Positions 10,641-22,250 of a DNA stretch of 37,092 bases are shown piece by piece (position 1 is the stretch's first letter; every line of letters begins with the position of its first letter). Below the pieces are notes generated by a model, which worked only from the letters and a program-made list of their open reading frames with translations, was not told where the DNA came from and did not search any database. Source of the DNA: Octopus bimaculoides (taxonomy: Eukaryota); NCBI RefSeq assembly GCF_001194135.2, contig NC_068994.1, forward strand, positions 18,625,806 to 18,662,897. Reading direction: 5' to 3'. A program made the position numbers and the translations under genes.

Positions 10641-10879
10641 GCGCTCAACTGTTAGAAATAGCAGCGACACATCATCTCCCAACCCTGACACTGCTTCACT
10701 CAGTTTAAATGACTGACAAGATGTTAACTATTTACTTCCAGTTTCAGTGGCTAAAAGAAAGAGTATTCAGTTAAAAATGAAATAATTTGCTATACTTAAA
10801 CTATTGCACCACTATCAGCAAAACAATTTAAAAACAGAAAAAGAGTAAACTTGTTAATTCATAAGATCTATTGATTCGA

Positions 10880-11195
10880 AACATGCACATGTGCATGTGT
10901 GTTTGTATGTGTATGTGTGTGTGTGTGTGTGTGAGTGAGTGCATGTGTGAGAAAGTACATGCACTTGTGCATGCATATGTGCAAGTGAATGCATGAGTAT
11001 GTGTGAGTGAGTGCATATGAGTACATGCATGAGTGAGTGCATGTGTGAGGAATTACATGCATGAGTGTGTGTGTGAGTGAGGTAGTATGTGTGTAAGGGA
11101 GTACATGCATGTATGAGTGAGCGTATATGTCAAGGAACATGTGTGTGTGTGTGTGATGGAGTATGTATGTACTGTATGTGTGTGTAAGTGTGTGT
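10880..11195. repeat. Complex (TG)/(GAGT)/(GCAT) microsatellite array
   Basis: Repeated GTGAGTGCATG and GAGTACATGCATG units. Confidence 0.9.
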
Positions 11196-11419
11196 AAATT
11201 TTTGATTACAAACAAAAGGAGAAAGCATGAAATCCAGAAAGTAGAGTGTAAATATGTATCGCTATGTACAGATTATTCTTTTATCATTCACAGTTTCACT
11301 GGTCACATAAGAGTTAATTGGAATTAAAGACATGGTGTCTACAACAGTCAGCTGTTACACAAAGCAGTCATGAATTAAACTGAAGTGTATTTACATTCTT
11401 ATGCAGTTTATTATTTTTT

Positions 11420-12060
11420 ATCTTTCTTTCACTTTTTACTTGTTTCACCCATTATCATTATTCTATCACTGATAAGTTATGGGGCCATAAACAAAACTAG
11501 TTGCCAAGTGGCAGAGGGACAAACAGAAAGAGAGAGACACACACACATATAGTTTTTTTTATCCTTTTACTTGTTTCAATCATTTTACTGTGGCCATGCT
11601 GCAGCACTGCCTTGATCCTAGGACTTATATCTTAAGCCTAGTACTTATTTTATCGGTCCCTTTAGATGAACAGCTAAGTTACAGGGACATAAACACACTA
11701 ACACCAGTTGTCAAGTGAAGATGGCAGGGGGACAAATACAGACTCAAAGACACATACACACACACATACATACATATATGACGGGCTTCTTTCAGTTTCT
11801 GTCAACCAAATCCATTCACAGGGCTTTGGTCAGCCTGAGGCTAGAGTAGAAGACATTTGCTCAAGGTACCATGCAGTGAAACTGAATCTGGAACCATGTG
11901 GTTGGGAAGCAAGCTTCTTACCACACAGCTATGCCTGTGACAGATTTTTACAGTTTTCATTAACCAAATTTATTTACAAGGAATTGCTCAACTCAGGATA
12001 ATAGAAGACATTCATCCAAGATGCCATACAGTGGGGCTGAGCTCAAAACCACATGGTCAT
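11420..12060 (-). mobile_element. Cluster of SINE family 1 copies (near full-length 11557-11936 plus flanking partials)
   Basis: Tail TTTTACTTGTTTC, internal (CA/TA)n, and head ...CTTACCACACAGCTATGCCTG (reverse-complement A box). Confidence 0.8.
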
Positions 12061-12669
12061 ACCTGTACCTTATCACACCTAAAGTTTTTTGATATCTAAA
12101 TTTAATTTTGTTCTTTTAATTCACAGTATCTTGCGCATAAAAATATATATTTTTTACATAATGACATGCAGTCTGAAACACAAATATGCAAATTAATTTA
12201 TCTACCATGGTAGTAGCTTAATTACTAACTACTTATAAGTTGGACACAAGGTTATTGATTGGGGATATTTCTGAAGAGTGATCAACAAATAATGAAATGG
12301 TTCATCAGGTGACACTTTACCCTTTAGCACAGAGAGAATGTACTTACATTTTTTTTTATAGTTCATTATCACAACTAAGACTTTCTAATACATGTATGTA
12401 AGCACAAGGGTAGCTACATGGTTATGTTCACTTCAGTATCATGTGGTCAGTGGTTTGGTTCCACTCCCTAAACACTGTTGCTTTGTGCTCTATATTACAG
12501 TCACAAATTGACCAGTGTGAGTGAAACTGGTTAACAGAAACTGAAGAAACTTGTTGTATGTGCATGTGTGTGTGTATATGTTTATGGAAGTGGTGATCTT
12601 CATTTTTCTCTGACAACCATAGACCCTGATACTGAAAAACATGCGAAACTGCATCAGTCATAAGGATCT

Positions 12670-13245
12670 CATCATCATCCTTTAACGTCTGTTTTCTATG
12701 CTGGCATGGGTTGGATGGTTTGACCAGAGCTGGCAAGCAGGAGAGCTACACCAAGTTCCCGTCTGATTTGGCTTGGTTTCTACAGCTGGGTGCCCTTCCT
12801 AACACCAACCACCTTACAGTGTGTGACAGGTGCTTTTAACATGGCACTGGTATGGATACTTTTGCATGGCACCAGTATGAGTGCTTTCTACATGGCACCA
12901 GCTTTTTGCAGGCGGCCAATCCCCTTCATCAGGAGGAACAGCATTAACACTTCTGCTGTGGAAGACAGATCTTCTTGAGTATAGCAAGGAACCAGATATC
13001 TCGGTCCTTTGTCATTTCCTCTGTAAGGTTCAGTATCCTGTGACTGTCCTTCAGTACTTTGTTCCATGTCTCCCTCTTCCATGAGTTCCATCCACCCACC
13101 CACTTTGAGTGATCAGCACTTCTGTAAGGAGCTGTTGATATCCATCTGCACCACATGACCAAACCACCATAGACTTCTCTCATGCAGACTGTATCTAATT
13201 CCTCTCATGCCTAATTGTTTTTCTCAATGCACTAGCACTCCACAG
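12670..13245 (-). mobile_element. RTE-clade LINE 3' end (ORF2 C-terminus, 3'UTR and (GAT)n tail)
   Basis: GIRYSLHERSLWWFGHV (frameshifted) and RETWNKVLKDSHRILNLTEEMTKDRDIW, followed by a UTR ending GACGTTAAAGGATGATGATG. Confidence 0.85.
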
Positions 13246-14159
13246 AATAAACATAGTAAAAGGTAATATATTTTGTATTCAGCAGAAGGATCTTATTTTT
13301 GTACTGAAAAAAATAATCATTTTACAGAAATTATTGATTTTTTCTTTGGTGTCAATAGAATTTTTTTTTTTATATAGTTATGCATGGAAAACAATATATG
13401 ATTAGAAATGGTTGTTTTATTGAACCTACAAAATATTGTTGTTTTTGTGAAATAGAATAGAGAATAAATGTGCAATTAATAGGCACAAACTTTTTATAGA
13501 GTTTATTACATTTATAGTAGAAAGGTAGATCACCAATGAAAAAAATTATTTCTAATGCTTGTTATAAATTTTCTGTTGAAAAAAATTTCATTACAAATTA
13601 TCAATTTTTAAATTATTCATAGAAATGAATTTCATGAAAATAAAACTAATTTAAAACAATTAATATTTAAAATTTCATTATTTGATAAATTTTACAAATT
13701 TATTCTTATTAACGGTTTTTAATTTTTTCAAAAGTGATCTGTTTCTACTTCTAAATATTTATTACAAAATTGAAGAACTTTTACTACTAATAATGTTGAG
13801 GAGGCCACAGAAAACTGAAAGATTCTAAGGGGCCTGTGGGTAGGATTATGAGCTAAAAAAAAGGATGAGAACCACTAGTCTCAGTAAACACACACACACA
13901 CATGCATACACGCGCACATACACACAGAAATGCAATAGCAAAATTTGAACTCAAAAATCTTGTCGATAGAAAGCCAGCATTTCAGCCTCAAGGTTATTTT
14001 AGATTTACAGAAACCGAACACAACAAGAAATGTAATAAAAACAAAGAAATAAAATTAGAACATTTAAATACAAAGAAACAGGAGAAAAGAGAGATAAAAA
14101 AGGAAAAGAAAGGATAAAGTGTGAGTGTGTGGGGGAGTAAAGAAGTGGGAGGTGGAAAG

Positions 14160-14338
14160 GGCAGATTTTCTATGGCTGGATGCCCTTCCTGTTGCCAATC
14201 CTCACCTGCTTCCAAGCAAGGTAATATTTCCCCAAGACCAGACATGTTTTCTAGTAAGACCATGCTAGTGGTAGGACACCACTTGCATGATAGTGGCACT
14301 TGCTTACAGCTATCACACAATGTCAATGTAAGGAGACC
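14160..14338 (-). mobile_element. SINE-like dispersed repeat
   Basis: CAGATTTTCTATGGCTG.ATGCCCTTCCTGTTGCCAA is shared with 17887-18045. Confidence 0.65.
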
Positions 14339-14589
14339 GGCACATTTTTGTCTTGTTTGTTTACGCCACTGTTCTCAACATTCATTTGCTTATTCCCAGC
14401 TGCTTCTCACTGTTGATGCCACTAAAAGTGATCAAATTATCATCAAAGGCACGAAGTTGTAAGGATCTTTTGGCCGATAACTGATAAAGAATGAGCAACA
14501 TCCATATTTCCTGTGTGAATTTTTCATTTGTTCCTTTGTTGTGTTTCTATTCAATTTTTGGAATTTATATATGTGTGTGTGTATGATGG

Positions 14590-14745
14590 GTTTCTTTCAG
14601 TTTCCATCTATCAAACCCATTCACAAGGCTTTGGTTAGCCTGAGTCTAAAGCAAAAGACACTTGCTCAAGGTGCCATGCAGTGGGACTGAACCTAGAACC
14701 ATGTGGTAGAGAAGCAAACTTCTCGCCACGTAGCCATGCCTGCAC
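14590..14745 (-). mobile_element. SINE family 1, 5' half
   Basis: AAGACACTTGCTCAAGGTGCCATGCAGTGGGACTGAACC...GCCACGTAGCCATGCCTGC, the reverse-complement tRNA-like head. Confidence 0.8.
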
Positions 14746-15458
14746 TTTTATGCCTAATCCTTTACGTAAAATTATGACATTCATAAAACTATGAAGTCTG
14801 AAAATCATTTTTGAAATGAGAGAAGTATTACAAAAAGAAAGTTCCAGAAAATGCTTGGAAAGTTCTCTAAAGGTATACAACCATTGTGAAAATGACATGC
14901 AGCTTGTTCTATGTGGTCAACAAGCTGAAATGAAAGTATAATGAATGTAAGTCTAACAACACTATTCTTATTGTTCAGACAATCTCAAATGAGAAGCAGA
15001 AAAGACAATTTTCATACACAAGAGGTAGGTATATTTGTTTTGGTGAAAATCAAAACACCTCTAATATGAAGCTATTATATGTCAACTGCACTTATGTCAA
15101 ATCTAAATATAACAATTTTTATAGCATTTGCAAAAGCTATATTATGAAATGTAAACTGAGGGTATATTTAAATTTGAGTCCAATGCCAAGAAGTCCCATT
15201 TTAAAATGCAAATTTACAATCATTAAAATAAAGAAAAACTTGAATCTAAAACATTTTCAGGTTCAAGTATTTAAAATAAAAGGCTATTGTTTATATTTGG
15301 AGAACTGAATCTAGAATCCACTACATTCATTTCAGGGGACTGGAACTAACTCACCACTTTAGCTTTCAGAGTACTCTGTCGTCAAATTTAATATTTAATT
15401 ATTCACATTGTTTTGAATTAATCATGCATTATATCATAACTTCAAGATTTCAATAATT

Positions 15459-15745
15459 TATCTTCTATCTTATATCTTCTACTTGTTTCAGTCATTTGAC
15501 TGTGGCCATGCTTGAGCACTACCTTGAAGGTTTTTGGTTTTTTTGTCAGACGAATGGACCCCAATAGAATGAGCCTAGTATTTATTCTATTGGTCTCTTT
15601 TGCTGGACCACTAAGTTATGGGGACATAAACACACCGATACTGGTTGTCAACCAATGATGGGGGTACAAACACAGACACACAGTCATATATATACACATG
15701 GCAGGCTTCTTTCAGTTTCTGTCTATCAAAACTACTCACAAGGCT
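15459..15745 (-). mobile_element. SINE family 1, 3' two-thirds
   Basis: CTTGTTTCAGTCATTTGACTGTGGCCATGC...GGCTTCTTTCAGTTTC. Confidence 0.8.
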
Positions 15746-15763
15746 TACAAACACACATACACG

Positions 15764-16593
15764 CACGGTGCAGTGAATAAACTGTCATTTCATTTTAATG
15801 GATATATTTACCAAAATTACATAAAAATTTCTTGAAATACTAAAGAATAAATTTATTCAATATAACTGACATTGGCTTCAACCATGGCCTCCAGATAACT
15901 TTGGAATCTCCTGCAACTCTTCTTGTTTAAATTGGTAAATGCTGCTATAATCTTTGCCTTCAGTTTATCTTTGGTATTACCAGGAGTTTTGTGGGTCTCT
16001 CGCTCAACTGCACCCCCGCCCATATAAAAAACAAGAGAGTTGCAGTCTGGGGAATTAGGTGGAAAGATGTTAGGGGAGATGTGGTCGCAGAAATTGTCTG
16101 TCAGCCATGACTGGGTTCTCCTGCTTGTGTGGCATGGTGCAGAGTCCTGTTGCCAGACATAGGGTCTTCCAGCAGCCACTCTCCTGACCCAGGACAACAC
16201 TACCTCCTCCAGGCACTTGATGTAGGTCTCCGTCTTGAGTCAGAGGCCACGTGGGAAGATGAATGGAGGCATAATGTCACCATCACTAGTGATCACTCCA
16301 AACACTATGATGTTAACTGGATGCTTGATTTTTATCAATCTTGGTACATTTCCTCAGATCGACACCCAAACACTCTGAAATGTTCATTTTGGAACTTCCG
16401 GCACAAATGCCAAGTAGTACAGCATGTCGCTTCCAAATTTCTGGCAGAGTGAATTGCATCATGGTGCTGCTTTTCTCACAAACAGTGCCCAACTGACTCT
16501 ACTATACTGTGTAGTTGACAAAATCAAAAACAAACAATGCGCATGCGCAAAATTAAAATTATAAAATGGCAAGAATTTACCCATCACATCATG
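15764..16593 (-). mobile_element. Internally deleted Tc1/mariner element of the maT (DD37D) type
   Basis: Degenerate TIRs CACGGTGCAGTGAATAAA and TTTACCCATCACATCATG-TA, enclosing a transposase remnant. Confidence 0.85.
15853..16462 (-). pseudogene. DD37D (maT) transposase remnant
   Basis: VWQQDSAPCH...PPNSPDCNSLV. There are 37 residues between the QQD Asp and the final position, which is Val here (GTT, one change from GAT). The N-terminus MMQFTLPEIWKR joins directly to the catalytic region, with a frameshift and a stop. Confidence 0.85.
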
Positions 16594-16599
16594 TATACA

Positions 16600-16758
16600 C
16601 ACACACACGACAGGCTTCTTTCAACCAAATCCACTCACAAACCTTTGGTCAGTCTGAGGCTATAGTAGAAGACACTTGCCCAAGGTGTCATACAGTGGGA
16701 CTGAACCTGAAACTATGTGATTGGGAAGCAACCTAGTCACCACACAGCTTCACCTGCA
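16600..16758 (-). mobile_element. SINE family 1, 5' half
   Basis: ACGACAGGCTTCTTTCA...ACCACACAGCTTCACCTGCA. Confidence 0.8.
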
Positions 16759-17426
16759 CTTTGATTGTTTATTTTTAGAATGATGTTGTAGGATTGGCAT
16801 GAGAGGTCAGATCTGACCAGTTTGAACATGAAACAATATTTGAGCCAGTTTAAATACTAAAGGGTTAATGATGAGAGTGACACACAAAAATTCTGATTTT
16901 GAAATTAGTTACAGTTATGCCATGTTCCTTGGGAAGGTGCATTACCGCATGCTAAATGACCAGAAGCCCCACCCATTTCACAATGGAAAATGTGTGTTTA
17001 GAAGTGCATTCAGTGGAAACAAATTGTGCTAAAAACTTGAAATTTGTGAACCAAATACATGTAAAGGAAAATTAAATTTATAACAAAAGAGAATTAAAGA
17101 GGACGTTCAATAACCTTTTATAAGAACATGTGTGTGTGTGTGTGTGTGTAATGTATATGGGTGTGGTCTATCTTAAAATACATTTGATACATCCAACTTA
17201 ACCATAAATCTGTTGATCTCTAGCAATCTTTATATATACTTAAATTAATCTACATGAAGATACATATGTCAATGCTAAAACTTTAATCTCAGTCACATGG
17301 TTTATGTACTTAGCAGTAGGAAATAGATTTATAGATATAGAATTTTGTTTTTAAATAAAGAATTAAGAACACTATTCGAAAATAAAGTTAACAAAAAAAA
17401 AAGAAAAAAGAAAAAAGAGAAAAATC

Positions 17427-17467
<41 letters not shown>

Positions 17468-17886
17468 AAAGTTGCATTTACAGAAAGAGAGATCTAATAC
17501 TAGTAAATTTTGAAAAATATAAAAATATATTGTGTAAATAGATATTTGTATAGATATAAGCATTATCAAACAAATATTATTTGATGACAAAATTCAAAAT
17601 TCCTAGTCTTTCCAACAAAAAAATAATGAAAAGATTACAAAATGTAATGAAATATATGTATATCAATAGTGTTTAAGACAGCCACCACAATGTAAGTCAG
17701 GAAATAAAGTGCAAACAGAAGCAAAATCAAATTTAAACATTTTATTTCTGAACATGCAATGCAGTATCGATCTTAAACAAGATTACTCAATTTCCCAATA
17801 TTTAATATTAACTATAGTATTCTGAGAAATTGATGATTTAACATCCACTTGGCCATGCTTGCATGAATTGAAAGGAGCTTATCTAG

Positions 17887-18043
17887 ACAGATTTTCTATG
17901 GCTGCATGCCCTTCCTGTTGCCAACCTTTACCTATTTCCAAGAAAGATAATATTCCCCATGGCCAGACAGGTTTTCACAGAATATTGGAAATGAATGACA
18001 TTTAACATTCACTTACAACAACCACTCAATCACAAGACAAGGC

Positions 18044-18136
<93 letters not shown>

Positions 18137-18275
18137 CAGGCTTCTTTCAATTTCCATCAACTGAATCTATTCAAAAAGCTTTGGTCCACCCAAGGCACTT
18201 GTCCAAAGTGTCAGGCAGTGGGGCTGAACCTAAAACCATATGGTTGGAAAGCAGACTTCTTAATTGCACAGTCTT
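17887..18275 (-). mobile_element. Composite of SINE-like repeat, (CA)n tract (18046-18134) and SINE family 1 head
   Basis: Similarity to 14160-14338 and to the family-1 heads. Confidence 0.65.
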
Positions 18276-18852
18276 GTACTCTTATATATATATATCTGTA
18301 TCAAAACAAAATATCCTGTAATTCTAAACTCCCAACTGTAGAGTCTTAATTACTTCATTGTTAGCAATACTAGGAATTAAGCTTTGTGTGTGTGCATGCA
18401 TGTGTAAACATGTCTGTGTGTATGTATTCATGTGTCAAAGATTCAATATATTATGTACATTTGCAATAAATTTCTTGAAATATAAACAAATATAAACATA
18501 ACTCCTTTAATAATGAGTATTCTTTTTTTCACATAGATATTCCTACTACTAGTAACACCACCATCACCACCACCACCACTACTGCAGGAAAACATGCAAT
18601 CTCAAATATATATTTGATGACCAGACACACATAATAAAGAGGTTAGCAGTTCATGCCAGGTTACTTAGTGCTTAGTGGGTTGGACTAATCTCTAATATCC
18701 TAATCCATCTACTGTAAATAATTAGAGCAGAGTTAAAGTAACTGCAGGGACCTGAAATCAAATATAATTGACAAAAGCTTCCTGGGTTCAATTCCCCATC
18801 TAACCCCAATTAAGAAAGATGACCAAAGTTGACTCGCCTGAGATAAATAAAA

Positions 18853-19115
18853 CAGTGGTTCTCAACAATTTTTTTTTATCTACGGACCCCCATAGCCATT
18901 AGATGTTTAGAACTAGTTTGATAGTATAGGTTGAGCTATGTTAAGCATTAGGCAAAGAAATCTGGCTGTTTCTTGAAATAAATGTCTAAAGCAAAATTTT
19001 TTCCTGGATCCCCCAAATACTATCATAAACCCAATTTACAATTTCGCTTGTGTAGACCCCACAAAATCCTATACAGACCCCCAAGAAGTCAGATGAACCT
19101 TGGTTGGACCCCATT
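18853..19115 (+). mobile_element. Degenerate hAT-Charlie-like MITE
   Basis: Starts CAGTGGTTCTCAAC and has repeated GACCCC motifs. The right TIR is unclear. Confidence 0.45.
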
Positions 19116-19349
19116 CTTTCAGAAGTTTGCAGTGTTGCTTTTATGACTGAATGATTTAGGTAACTTCATGTATATCCAAGTCATCTTTACTTGGCAGCCA
19201 GAGTGATGAAGACTTTGCCACCAAATAAATGATTAAATGCAGTTAACAGGCTTTTGTGTGATTTTGAATGACTGAAATGTGTCTTCCATGCTGTAATTGC
19301 TTTAGTTTCAATCCATAATTGTGAAGCAAATCACATGCCAGACAAATAG

Positions 19350-19716
19350 AAATCTGGGGAATGGTTGTGTGATAAAAGTTTACTTCACAACCACATAGTT
19401 CTGGGTTCAATTCAACAGCATGGCACCTTGGGTCAACCAAAGCATTGTGAGTGGATTTGGTAGATGAAAACTGAAAAAAAGACCGTTGTGTGTGTGTGTG
19501 TGTGTGTGTGTGTTTATCTCCCACCACCACTTGACAACCTGTTTTGGTGCATTTATCTCCCCATAACTAAGCAGTTTGGCAAAAGATACAGATAGAATAA
19601 GTACCAGGATTAAAAAAAGTAAAAATAAATATTGGGGTTGATCTTTTCAACTAAAATTCTTCAAGACAGTGCCACAGCATGGCTGCAGTCTAATAACTGA
19701 AATAAGTAAAAGATAT
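19350..19716 (+). mobile_element. SINE family 1, near full length
   Basis: A-box-like TGGTTGTGTGA, B-box-like GGGTTCAATTC, internal (GT)n, tail GAAATAAGTAAAAGATA. Confidence 0.85.
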
Positions 19717-19863
19717 ATACATATATACATAAATATATAAGGATATTATTGTTAATAATTTACAATAATATCAATGGCTAGAACCCCCTCAATTTCACAC
19801 TTGTGTACAAGTGAAAACTATGGTTTTGAGTTGTTTTGATTGCTATCTTTAGCATGCTGGTGC

Positions 19864-19906
<43 letters not shown>

Positions 19907-20209
19907 NNNNNNNNNNNNNNNNNNNNNNNNNNNNNNNNNNNNNNNNNNNNNNNNNNNNNNNNNNNNNNNNNNNNTGCATGTATACATACATATATGTACA
20001 TACCTACATCTACATGTATATGTATATCCGAGTACAGGACGTCAAAAAAAGGAACGGGAACATAAACAAAGCACAAAAAACGGACTTTTTTTTATGGACA
20101 ACAGAATGAACACATAGGAAAACAGACGAGCCACTTATGGAACTATATATATATAAAACTGTGGTTTTGAGTCATTTTCACTGCTATCTTTAGCATGCTG
20201 GTGCTACAA

Positions 20210-20240
<31 letters not shown>

Positions 20241-20666
20241 TATAGATATATATATATATATATATAATTCAACTTCAAAATCTCCATTTTCTTCTTTTTC
20301 CTATGTGTGTGTATGTATCTCACTATCTGATTTTATGTCCGTACCAGTCTAAAAATTGGTGCAGTTGTGTTCCTTTACATTCCCTAAGCTAGTGGTTTGA
20401 CAAAGTGTTATCAAAATAAGGACCAGACTAAATAAGTACTGGGGCTAATACGATCAAGGCAGTGTGCTAGCACAGACAAGGTCCAAAAGCTGAATGGAAA
20501 TCAATATATAACTGAAATAATTTTTACAAAGGTTTTGCTTGAATTGTTTTAGATGTTTTCAGAGAATACAGTGTAATGAGTGCAGAGTTAGTGTAATGAT
20601 GTTTTATTAATGAGGTCTGATCACAAAGTATCAGGACTGGAGTTATAAAAAGAAATTGGCATTTAA

Positions 20667-20886
20667 CCCTTTAATATTCAAATTACTATGTCAAATGTAA
20701 TGCTCGTTTATTCACATTGGTTTAAATTAATCATGCATTAGCTAATAGCTTTCAGATTTCAATGATGTGATTGTTTAATTAAAGAAAGACATAGTAGGAC
20801 AGGTGTGAGAGGTTGGATCTGGCTGATATGAACATAAAACAGCTAGAATATTTGAGCCTGATATGACTGGTTTAAATGCTAAAGGG
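20667..20886 (+). mobile_element. piggyBac-like MITE family A
   Basis: TTAA TSDs at 20663-20666 and 20887-20890. Termini CCCTTTAATATT and AATGCTAAAGGG. Confidence 0.9.
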
Positions 20887-20964
20887 TTAATCACGTTCAA
20901 AGTGGTCCCATTCTGGAGCCACACACTTTATCCAGCATTGTTTCCATTGATGGAAGCATTCCTG

Positions 20965-21200
20965 AAGACAGCGAGCTGGCAGAAACGTTAGCACGCCGGG
21001 TGAAATGCTTGATGGTATTTCGTCTGCCGTTATGTTCTGAGTTCAAATTCCCCTGAGGTCGACTTTGCTTTTCATCCTTTCGGGGTTGATAAATTATTAA
21101 GTACCAGTTATGCACTGGGATCGATGTAATCAACTTAATGCCTTTGTCCGTCCTTGTTTGTCCCGTCTATGTTTAGCCCCTTGTGGGCAATAAAGAAATA
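20965..21200 (+). mobile_element. Full-length tRNA-derived SINE (family 2, CORE-like middle) with 13-bp TSD
   Basis: TSD GGAAGCATTCCTG at 20952-20964 and 21201-21213. A box TGGCAGAAACG, B box GAGTTCAAATT, tail AATAAAGAAATA. The CORE assignment is inferred. Confidence 0.9.
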
Positions 21201-22250
21201 GGAAGCATTCCTGGAACTCCTTTTCTAGGATGGCAAGCAGCTACCTTGTCACATCCTCTTGGATTTCCTTGATGTCTTGAAATCTTGTTCCTTTCAAGAC
21301 AAACTTTTGCTTTGGTTTTGGGGTTGTAGCCATAGACCCACAATTTGTCACCCGTTATGACCATTTTCAAAAAGGTTTTGTCTCAACACAATCAAAAAGA
21401 TCCTGCACAGCTGAAACCCAGCCTTCTTTTTTGAGAGAACCACACCCTACACACTTTACTTCCAAGCACTTCTATAAACAACAGATGTGAGTGAGAACGT
21501 TGTAACTTAGTGTGCATGTGCAACAGAGTTCAAGGTCAATCTATGGCAAGACAGCTTCATTTTGCATACTTTCGCTCCATTATCATAGCAACAGTTCTGA
21601 TACTTTTTGATCAGTCCTTGTATGTGTAAGAATATGAAAGCATAAGCTTGTGGTGTATGCTTGTATATACACACACACACACACACACACACAGCAGCAA
21701 TGTTTTTTAATTCAAAGAAGTCATTGAAATTCCAGAGAGAGAGCTTCAAGGAAATAAATCAATATCGAGAAAACTAATAACATTTCATCTTAATTTTTAG
21801 ATTTTGTAATATCCTTGTCTTTCCCCCTAAATATTAACACAGTAAGTGAAATGAATTGGCTTCTACCAGAAATTGTTAGCAAGTGATATAGTTTGCTCAC
21901 CTGATTTGATAAAGATTAGATGCCTACTATCATTATGATAAGATTAAAGTACGATATCTAGCACAAATAGTTATCTCTCACGTGATAATTTGCAATGATA
22001 TTTCTAGACATTTGAGTGGACTATCTTTATTAACGCAAACAGTTTTTCTGACTCAAAAATCACCAAATGAATTGCTTGAAAATATTAAATATACTTAGAG
22101 TGTGAATTAAATTTCTAAGTGTTCCCATTAAATTTTGGTGACTAATACTGTTGTATCATCCATTACTCTTTGATTATCCTAGAGTGAAAAAAAAAAGAAC
22201 TACCTGCCTATCATATGGTCAAAATTTATCACTATTATAGGTGTAGGTGT

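Larger units (their letters stand above)
10071..10680 (-). mobile_element. Direct repeat (10071-10317 and 10425-10680, about 80% identical) with one hammerhead per copy: candidate retrozyme
   Basis: Collinear blocks such as GAGGTAAT..CACTTAAAT, AATGCACTCTTGTTTATATTGCTAG and GAGACCACCAGATCA. Period 354-361 bp. Confidence 0.75.
15347..16864 (+). mobile_element. TTAA-MITE family A split by SINE sequence and a maT transposon
   Basis: Left half ends GATTTCAATAAT (15457). Right half resumes TTGATTGTTTATTTTTAGAATG (16761) and ends ACTAAAGGG-TTAA. Confidence 0.7.
20611..21620 (-). mobile_element. Internally deleted mariner element containing two insertions
   Basis: ~28-bp TIRs GAGGTCTGATCACAAAGTATCAGGACTG and CAGTTCTGATACTTTTTGATCAGTCCTTG-TA. 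Remnants ITGDKLWVYGYNPKTK and LKGTRFQDIKEIQEDVTR*LLAILEKEFQECFHQWKQCWIKCVAPEWDHFERD*. Confidence 0.85.

Noticed and set aside
10071-10680. CRISPR array, LTR retrotransposon or C/D snoRNA reading of the repeat pair
   Set aside because: Only two long units in eukaryotic DNA, no TG...CA ends or PBS/PPT, and no proper C/D box pairing. The minus-strand hammerhead fold explains the conserved motifs better.
10828-11215. His/Thr-rich or Cys/Val-rich ORFs (also 17995-18321, 25163-25430, 33898-34195, 36634-37005)
   Set aside because: They are translations of (CA)n, (TG)n, (TA)n and (GA)n microsatellites.
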